Below are positions 8,587 to 15,381 of a stretch of 28,441 nucleotides of DNA, one piece after another. The stretch covers positions 1-28,441 of the forward strand of contig VXNE01000629.1 in assembly GCA_009840715.1 (NCBI GenBank), written 5' to 3'. Each line of letters begins with the position of its first letter. The stretch's first letter is position 1. A program made the position numbers and the translations under genes. A model generated the notes under the pieces. It was not told where the DNA came from, made no database searches, and was given only the letters and a program-made list of their open reading frames with translations. Origin of the DNA: Gammaproteobacteria bacterium. Lineage in GTDB: Bacteria; Pseudomonadota; Gammaproteobacteria; Pseudomonadales; Azotimanducaceae.

Positions 8587-9873
8587 TTGCCTGGCCGGCG
8601 AGACGTTCTCAAGGGAGGGCTCGCTTCCATCGCGGTAGCCGGCATGCCTGGACACGCTCTGGCTTCACCCGCGGCGTCCCCCGAGCATGCGGAGAGTTAC
8701 TTCGCGTCGCTACAGCAAGCGCTGAGAGAGGCGGGGTACTTCAGACCCACCCTGGTCATCGACAGGCCGAGGCTGCTCGCCAATCTCGACGAAGTGCTCG
8801 GACACCTGCCCGAAGCTCTGGATTTCCGCATCGTTACCAAGTCCCTGCCGGCCGTGGGACTGGTCGACGCCGTCATGCGGCGCTCGGCAAGTCAGCGTCT
8901 CATGGTCTTTCACGAGCCGTTCATGCGGGTCGCGGCGAACCAGTGGCCGGACTGCCACATGCTCCTCGGCAAGCCGATGCCGGCAGGCGTGCTGAACGCC
9001 TTCTACGGGAGCCTGGCCGGCGGGCGCTTCGATGCCGCCGCACAGGTCCAATGGCTCATCGACTCCATGGACCGGTTGCTGCAGTACGAGCGTTTCGCGC
9101 GTCCGAACGGCTTGGTCGTGCAGGTCAACCTGGAGATCGACGTGGGATTTCACCGGGGAGGGTTCGGATCTCCGGCGTCTGTCCTGCCGGCCCTGGAACA
9201 CATTCGTTCCTCGCCCCATCTTCGGCTGGCCGGGTTCATGGGCTACGATGCCCACATCTCGATCTTCCCGGACCATGTCGGGCCGGCCGAGATCGCGTTG
9301 CCGGAGACCGCCCGGCGCTACCGGGAGTTCCTGGGCGTGGCGCGACAGGTGTATGGCGACGAACTCCCGGGCCCGCTCACCCTCAACACCGGCGGCAGCA
9401 CTACCTACCGGCACTACGGCAGCGAGACGGTCACACCGGCCAACGACATCGCCCTGGGATCCGGGCTCCTGAAGCCCACGTTCTGCGATGACGCCCTGCC
9501 CATGCACCTACCCGCCGTCTTCATCGCGACGCCGGTGCTGAAGCGGCTGCGGGGCGTGTCGGTGCCGGGACTGGAGAGCGACCCCACCGGCGGTGCCGGC
9601 GATGGCGTACAGCGGGATGTCACCTACTTCCTCTACGGCGGGCGCTGGATGGCCGACCCGGTCTGGCCGCGGAACCTGTCGACGCATCCCGTGTACGGCC
9701 GCTCGAGCAACCAGGACATGTTCACCAGCCCGGCTGCCACGGGGCTGGACGTGGACGACCACGTCTTCTTCCGGCCGCGGCAGACCGAATCGGTGCTGCT
9801 TCAGTTCGGCGACATCGCCGTGTTGGACGAAGGCCGTATCGTGGACACGTGGCAGACCTTCCAGACGGCCTGA
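8587..9873 (+). CDS. DSD1/D-threonine-aldolase-like PLP enzyme (alanine-racemase-type fold III) with Tat signal (428 aa)
   Basis: TTG start after GAGGAG; twin-arginine signal GRRDVLK...HALA; TPTL-like RPTLVID; PLP lysine motif FRIVTKSLP; EIDVGFHRGG, GFMGYDAH, NTGGSTTY and GSGLLKP. Confidence 0.8.
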   Translation: MPGRRDVLKGGLASIAVAGMPGHALASPAASPEHAESYFASLQQALREAGYFRPTLVIDRPRLLANLDEVLGHLPEALDFRIVTKSLPAVGLVDAVMRRSASQRLMVFHEPFMRVAANQWPDCHMLLGKPMPAGVLNAFYGSLAGGRFDAAAQVQWLIDSMDRLLQYERFARPNGLVVQVNLEIDVGFHRGGFGSPASVLPALEHIRSSPHLRLAGFMGYDAHISIFPDHVGPAEIALPETARRYREFLGVARQVYGDELPGPLTLNTGGSTTYRHYGSETVTPANDIALGSGLLKPTFCDDALPMHLPAVFIATPVLKRLRGVSVPGLESDPTGGAGDGVQRDVTYFLYGGRWMADPVWPRNLSTHPVYGRSSNQDMFTSPAATGLDVDDHVFFRPRQTESVLLQFGDIAVLDEGRIVDTWQTFQTA

Positions 9874-9880
9874 CGCGACG

Positions 9881-11866
9881 CTATTCGAGCCTCAGTTCCG
9901 CCGGCTCGCCCACGTCTCCGAAGAGGTTCTTCGCCACCACCCGAAACCGGCCGCCCGGCTCCGTCCCGGCCAGCGAGAAGTTCCGGTCGAGCGTGCCCTG
10001 CGCGGATACCCTGTGGAAACTGTCCTCGCCGGGTTGGGCGTAGAAGACCTCGTAGAGCACCAGGGAACCGTTTTGGCCGGCCTGCCAGCTCAGGTAGGTG
10101 ACCCGCGCGCCGTCCACGCCCGTATGGGACGACCCCGCAAGTCCGGTAATGGCAGGCGGCTGCATCCCCGCCTCACCGGGCGTCAGGACGATCGCCTCCA
10201 CCGAAGGCGCCTCCATTCTCAGGTGGAGTTCGAGCTCCGATTCTTTCACTTCGACTGACTCCGAGGAGACGACTGACGGATCCTGGACCGGTTGCAGGGC
10301 GTTGAACTGGTCGGCCGAGATGTCTTCCGGGCTCCCCATCTCGCGCCAGAGCGCCACCGGGTTGCCGTGGTTGTCGTCGATCCGCATCCGCGTCACGAGG
10401 CCCGCCGAGAAGTCCAGTCCGCGCACGTCGATCGAGAGGTCGGCGACCGACCGGTCGACGATCTCGAGCTGTGACGCCGCCGGCTCCCCGCCGTCTCCGT
10501 CCCTGCCCACCGCCAGGTTCATGGCGGGCGCGTTGTAGCAGATGAGCACGACCGCCCCGTCCTGCCTCCGGGTGGCGATGCAACCGAGGTGCGGCGCTTC
10601 GGACCGGTAGGTGTCCACGCGTTGTTCGAGCGGCGGAAAGCCCTCGACCACGAAACGCCGCTCGCCCAGCAGCGCCGCCAGGCTCATCGCCGTGAAGCCC
10701 GGCTGCTTGACCAGGTAGAACCGTTCGGTGCGCGGGCGCTCGTCCCGCACCCGGTCCCAGGGTTTCCACCCGCCCGAGTCGGAACTCCCCCACTGCTCGA
10801 CGTCATTGTCGCCGGGAAGAAAGCGGGCGGCGAGCGTGCGCCTGTTCCACCCCCCGAGGAAGGCGTTGTCGCCGGCGGCGACCAGGAGATCCGCCCCGAG
10901 CTTGTCGACGAGGACCTGGTTGTGGAGGTCGATGGACTGCATCACGAAGGCGCCGGGCCAGGGTCCTTCCCGCCACCAGCGGGGGAGGCCCCAACCCCCG
11001 ATGGGATCCGCCTCGTTGTTCATCAGGGGCACGTCCCTGAGGCGCGGATGGTATTGCCTGATGTAGTCGACGACGTGCTCTTCGTAGCGCACCATTTCGT
11101 GGGGACGCGCCTTGACGTGAAAGGAGATGAAATCAAGCCGCACGCCCCGTTCGCCGGTGAGGAGGTTCGTTCCCGAGTCGCAGTGTTCGAGCAGGGCCTT
11201 CAGGGTGGGCGACAGGAATCGGCCGGCCCCGGGTCCTCCGAACCTGAGCCGGGGGTTGGCCGCCTTGAGCCCTTCGGAGCTTGCATCGTAGTAGTTGAGA
11301 AAGCCGCTGTGGGTCTGCGGCCAGAAGGGGTGGATGTCGGGTTCGTTGCTCGTTTCGAAGTACCACTGCTCGACAGTCTCCCTGCCGTAGCGCTCCATGA
11401 GGTGATTGGCCAGTGACTCGACGAAGTCCCGCCATGCCCATACCTGTTCCGACTCGCGGAAGTCGTCGAACCGCCCGGAGGGGTTCCCCATCAGTTCGAA
11501 GATCATCAGGATGCCGGCTTGGTGCACTGGGTCGAGCGCCTCGTCCAGCCGGCTCCAGTTCGGGACCTGACGCCCGTCGTCCGTGGTTTCGAGATCCACC
11601 AGGTCCAGCAGGTAGTGGGGCCGCAGGTAGCGGATGGCGGGGCCGTGGGAGTCCCCGATCATCCTTAGCGTCAGTTGCATGTCCGGCGTCAGCAGCATGT
11701 CCGCCGGCGACATGCCCGTGCTCTGCCAGAAACGCGGCTGTGGGCGGGGTGCTTCGGAGAAATCCACGCTCAGGCTGAAATGGTCCACGGCGTGCACGAC
11801 CGCCGGGAAGATCAGCCAGACCGTCAGCAGCGTTCTCGTTCGCAAAGCCATCGATGTCATGCGCAT
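9881..11866 (-). CDS. Glycoside hydrolase family 39, alpha-L-iduronidase-like, exported (661 aa)
   Basis: GAGGAG RBS; signal peptide ending VVHA; RFWQSTG, LRPHYLL, FELMGNPSG, FETSNEPD (acid/base Glu), YYDASSEGL, FISFHVK, PLMNNEADPIGGW (nucleophile Glu), DNAFL and RRTLAARF. The C-terminal region is beta-sandwich/FN3-like. Confidence 0.88.
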   Translation of the reverse strand: MRMTSMALRTRTLLTVWLIFPAVVHAVDHFSLSVDFSEAPRPQPRFWQSTGMSPADMLLTPDMQLTLRMIGDSHGPAIRYLRPHYLLDLVDLETTDDGRQVPNWSRLDEALDPVHQAGILMIFELMGNPSGRFDDFRESEQVWAWRDFVESLANHLMERYGRETVEQWYFETSNEPDIHPFWPQTHSGFLNYYDASSEGLKAANPRLRFGGPGAGRFLSPTLKALLEHCDSGTNLLTGERGVRLDFISFHVKARPHEMVRYEEHVVDYIRQYHPRLRDVPLMNNEADPIGGWGLPRWWREGPWPGAFVMQSIDLHNQVLVDKLGADLLVAAGDNAFLGGWNRRTLAARFLPGDNDVEQWGSSDSGGWKPWDRVRDERPRTERFYLVKQPGFTAMSLAALLGERRFVVEGFPPLEQRVDTYRSEAPHLGCIATRRQDGAVVLICYNAPAMNLAVGRDGDGGEPAASQLEIVDRSVADLSIDVRGLDFSAGLVTRMRIDDNHGNPVALWREMGSPEDISADQFNALQPVQDPSVVSSESVEVKESELELHLRMEAPSVEAIVLTPGEAGMQPPAITGLAGSSHTGVDGARVTYLSWQAGQNGSLVLYEVFYAQPGEDSFHRVSAQGTLDRNFSLAGTEPGGRFRVVAKNLFGDVGEPAELRLE

Positions 11867-11884
11867 GGTGCTCCTCGGTTCGTT

Positions 11885-13549
11885 TCAGTCGCCCGCGTGG
11901 GTGCGGACCTGCCCCTCCAGGGTACCGATGCCGCGGCGATACACGTCGAGCACGGCCTGCCTTGCCTCCTCGGTGGGAAATACACCCTTGGCCGACGCCA
12001 CGTCCATGCTCTCCCGCATCTCGCGGATGAGCCCGCGGGCGGTATTGACGTCAAAACGGCGCTCGCCGTCGACCACCAGGTAGATGGGGCTGGTGTGGGC
12101 CCGTAGCACCTCGCCGAGCAGGTTGGTGTTGTTGTGCCAGGGGATGCGGGCGGCAATCCAGCCGGGGCCGGTGATCTCCAAGGGGAAGTCGATCTCGGCG
12201 TCGAAGGTCTGCCCGGCCCTTCCCGTTGCCGCGGCGTGGACGACCCTGCCGTTGTAGACGAGTTCCACCCTCTTGTAGTCCGCCCTGCCGACGGCCCGCG
12301 CGGTCACGCGCACCACGTCGCCTACCGCCCCATTGATCGTGTCGCCGATGACATGATCGCCGGCGTTCAGAAAGAGAAGCGGCCCGTTCGTGATGAAGCT
12401 GCGTCCCGCCCGCAGTTCACGCAGCCAGGACTCGACGGTCAGCGTTCCCTCGACCTTGACGAAAACGCGCATCAGGTCGGTCATGAACCAGTCCGTGCCC
12501 GTGGAGAAGGGTACCGTGAGGCCCAGGTCCAGATACCGGTAGAAGCTCGCGTCGTAGTGCGTCGCGTCGCCGCCGTCGAAAATGTTCTGCGCGTGCACGC
12601 GGCGCGCGACCTGGTGCGGAATGTCCTCGAGGCCGAAGTCGTTGTGCGCCCAGATCACGGTGGCGCCTGCCTCGTGCGCCTGCTCGATGGCAGCGGCGAC
12701 GGGCACGCCGTCATGACCGTCCAGACCCAGCAGGCTGACGCCCGTGCTCACCGGCTGGATCAGCTCGTCGAGGTCCAGCAGCAGCACGTGGCCGTAGCCC
12801 TCTCCGTACGCGCCGAAGTTGTGGCGCGTCTCCTGGCCCCAACCGAACCGCAGCGCCCCGGGGCCGCCTTCGAGCGCCACGAGGTCGGCCGGCCGATACA
12901 GGTTGGAAGCGTAGTGGTGGTCGTCTCCCGCGCGTTCGAGGTAGGACACGAACGAGACCCGGACTTCGTCGGCCAGCGGCACCGTGCGCAGGTAACGGTC
13001 GGCGTAGGCGCGGTCGGTCTGCTGCAGGTGCAGATGGGTGTTGCCGCTGACCCAGTTCTCGCTGGCGATGTCGTGCATCCTGGAGAGCTCCAGGCGAACG
13101 ACGTGCAGCTCTCCGGGACGCAACGCGACCTCGGCTGCCGCCGTGCTCCACTCGATGCCCCGGAACGCCTCGACGCGCACCGCCTCCGCCGGCAGTTCCA
13201 GTTCATCCGTTGCTTCCAGGGTGTACCACTCGGGCGTGCGGTAGAGCCCCGTGGCGGTGGCCGGATCGTCCGGGACGAACACCGCACCGCTGTCCTCGAG
13301 ATGGATCCGCACGTTCGCCGGGGCAATTTGCCCGGTAGCCGCGTCGCGCACCTCCACCCGGAGCGTGGCCGTCCGTGGCGAGCCTCCGGCGACCGCGGGA
13401 CTGAGCTCAGGCGCAGCGGGTTGGAATCTCGCCAGGGCCGCCGCACGCGTTGCCTCGTGCGCCTGCACCGGCAAGCCGACGACAACGCAGCAAGCGGCGA
13501 GCCACACCGAGCGGGCCGGCGCCCGCGCGGCGTTTCGGATTCCGGTCAT
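11885..13549 (-). CDS. CehA/McbA-like metallohydrolase (PHP-related), exported (~554 aa)
   Basis: Signal peptide ending PVQA; N-terminal beta-sandwich (VEAFRGIEWS); metal motif WVSGNTHLH; GQETRHN...GHVLLL; IWAHN; STGTDW; ELRAGRSFITNGPLL; C-terminal GPGWIAAR...AHTSPIY. Confidence 0.75.
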   Translation of the reverse strand: MTGIRNAARAPARSVWLAACCVVVGLPVQAHEATRAAALARFQPAAPELSPAVAGGSPRTATLRVEVRDAATGQIAPANVRIHLEDSGAVFVPDDPATATGLYRTPEWYTLEATDELELPAEAVRVEAFRGIEWSTAAAEVALRPGELHVVRLELSRMHDIASENWVSGNTHLHLQQTDRAYADRYLRTVPLADEVRVSFVSYLERAGDDHHYASNLYRPADLVALEGGPGALRFGWGQETRHNFGAYGEGYGHVLLLDLDELIQPVSTGVSLLGLDGHDGVPVAAAIEQAHEAGATVIWAHNDFGLEDIPHQVARRVHAQNIFDGGDATHYDASFYRYLDLGLTVPFSTGTDWFMTDLMRVFVKVEGTLTVESWLRELRAGRSFITNGPLLFLNAGDHVIGDTINGAVGDVVRVTARAVGRADYKRVELVYNGRVVHAAATGRAGQTFDAEIDFPLEITGPGWIAARIPWHNNTNLLGEVLRAHTSPIYLVVDGERRFDVNTARGLIREMRESMDVASAKGVFPTEEARQAVLDVYRRGIGTLEGQVRTHAGD

Positions 13550-13767
13550 GGTCGCAGTCGTGTCCCGGTGGTAACCCCGGAAATGTACAACGGCGTTGGC
13601 ACCCGTCGCAGCCTCACGCAGGAGGACATGACGACAGCGGGCGGGATTCGCGGTATCAATGGGCGTGTGGAGATCGGGCAACACCCCTCGCGGCACGCGG
13701 CGTTAGGGTAACCGGCCCGCCGGGTGTCGTTTGAACCATGTAGCCAGGACGCAAGCGAAGGGACGGA
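13550..13767. promoter_or_regulatory. Divergent intergenic region between the CehA/GH39 unit (-) and the ECF/FecR/TBDR unit (+)
   Basis: Based on gene orientation only; no Fur box or sigma70 consensus was recognised. Confidence 0.35.
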
Positions 13768-14352
13768 ATGGAGCGCGAGGACGCGGGTGCGCCGGCGTTA
13801 CGACTGATCGACTCGAGCGGTCCGGCCCGAGCCGCTCAGCCCGGGACGAACGTGGATGTCGCCGCGCTGTACCGCGACGCCCGCCCGGAACTCCTGGGCT
13901 TCCTCGAGCGCAAGCTCGGCAATCGCCGGGACGCTGAAGACATCGCCCAGGACGCCTTCGAGCGGTTCTGCCGCGTCGCCGACACGCAGGACATCGCGAG
14001 CCCGCGAGGCCTGCTCTTTACGACCGCGTACCGTCTCGCACTCAACCACCTGCGGAACCGCGGGACCGCAGGCGGTCCCCAGATCGCCGAGCCGCACGAA
14101 GGCGCGGATGCCGCGGCGGACCCGAGCAGGGTCGTCGACGGCCGCGAGAGACTGGACCGCGCGTGGCACGCGATATCGCGTTTGCCCGAGAAGACCTGCC
14201 ACGTCTTCATGCTGCACCGCTTCGAAGGGCTCACGTATCGGGAGATCGCCGAGCAGGTCGGGCTGTCCCGCAAGTCGGTCGAATACCATATGCGCCGCGC
14301 GTTGAGCAGCATCGCGACCGCGCTGCACACCGCAACGGACGGATACGAATGA
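13768..14352 (+). CDS. ECF sigma-70 factor, FecI-like (194 aa)
   Basis: Region 2 (ELLGFLERKLGNRRDAEDIAQDAFERF) and region 4 (LPEKTCHVFMLHRFEGLTYREIAEQVGLSRKSVEYHMRRAL). ATGA overlap with the FecR gene. Confidence 0.93.
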   Translation: MEREDAGAPALRLIDSSGPARAAQPGTNVDVAALYRDARPELLGFLERKLGNRRDAEDIAQDAFERFCRVADTQDIASPRGLLFTTAYRLALNHLRNRGTAGGPQIAEPHEGADAAADPSRVVDGRERLDRAWHAISRLPEKTCHVFMLHRFEGLTYREIAEQVGLSRKSVEYHMRRALSSIATALHTATDGYE

Positions 14353-15368
14353 CGAGCCCCGACGAGTCAGAAGTACTGCAACAGGCTGTGGAATGGTTCG
14401 TGCGGTTGCGAGCCGACTCGGTGTCGACGGCGGAACGAGAAGCGCATGCCGAATGGCTCGAGGACCCGGAGCACGCCCGTGTCTATGCGTCGCTGGAACT
14501 GGACTGGGAAGAACTCGACGGCCTCGAGAATCGGGCGCGGTCCCGCTTGGCGCAGCTCAATCTGAAGCGAGCCCGCCGGCAACGCCACCGCCTGTGGCGG
14601 ATCGGCGGCGTGGCGGCGGCGGCCGCAATGCTGCTGGCTGTCGTCGCGGTCCTGCAGTTCGATGGCCCGCCGACGGAGGAGCGCTTCGCGACCGTCAAGG
14701 CCGAACAGCGTCAGATCGCCCTGCAGGACGGCTCACGGGTTCACCTCAACACGGATTCGGTGATCGATGTCCGCTTCTCGGCGTCCACCCGCGAGGTCAT
14801 CCTGCACAAGGGCGAGGGGTTGTTCGATGTCGGCTACGACCCGCGCCGCCCCTTCGTCGTGCGCGCGGCCCGCAGCAGCGTGATCGCGGTCGGCACCCGC
14901 TTCGCGGTGCATCTGGACGGCGGCGACGACCTGATCGTCACGGTGCTCGAAGGCCAGGTGGCGATCGGGCCCTCGGACGCGTCCCCGGACACCGTGGCGG
15001 CCGCGAACGACGCGGACGCAGCCGCAGCCGGCGCCCCGGAGCGGGTGTTCCTTTCGCCCGACCGACAGGCCCGCCTGGGGACGGACGGCAGCATCCGCGC
15101 CGTGGAGGTAGTCAACGCGGGGAACGTGACCGCGTGGCAGGAGGGCAAGCTCGTGTTCGACAACACGCCGTTGCGTGTGGTCGCGCGGCAGGTGTCGCGC
15201 TACACCCCGGGCGAGATCCGCGTGGCGCCCGGCGTTCCGGACCATCCGGTCACCGGCATCATCCAGATACGCAGCGCGCGGAGCATGGTGGAACTGCTGT
15301 CCGAAGTCGTTCCGGTACGCCCCGTCGCCGAATCCGCTGACCTGACGATCCTCTACGACGCGTCCTGA
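14349..15368 (+). CDS. FecR-family anti-sigma/sigma regulator (~339 aa)
   Basis: QAVEWFVRL...WLEDPEHARVY (FecR N-terminus), one TM segment (GGVAAAAAMLLAVVAVL), LQDGSRVHLNTDS, GEGLFDV..DPRRPFVV, AVGTRF and AWQEGKLVFDNTPL. Confidence 0.93.
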   Translation: MTSPDESEVLQQAVEWFVRLRADSVSTAEREAHAEWLEDPEHARVYASLELDWEELDGLENRARSRLAQLNLKRARRQRHRLWRIGGVAAAAAMLLAVVAVLQFDGPPTEERFATVKAEQRQIALQDGSRVHLNTDSVIDVRFSASTREVILHKGEGLFDVGYDPRRPFVVRAARSSVIAVGTRFAVHLDGGDDLIVTVLEGQVAIGPSDASPDTVAAANDADAAAAGAPERVFLSPDRQARLGTDGSIRAVEVVNAGNVTAWQEGKLVFDNTPLRVVARQVSRYTPGEIRVAPGVPDHPVTGIIQIRSARSMVELLSEVVPVRPVAESADLTILYDAS

Positions 15369-15381
15369 CCGACGCTCACCC

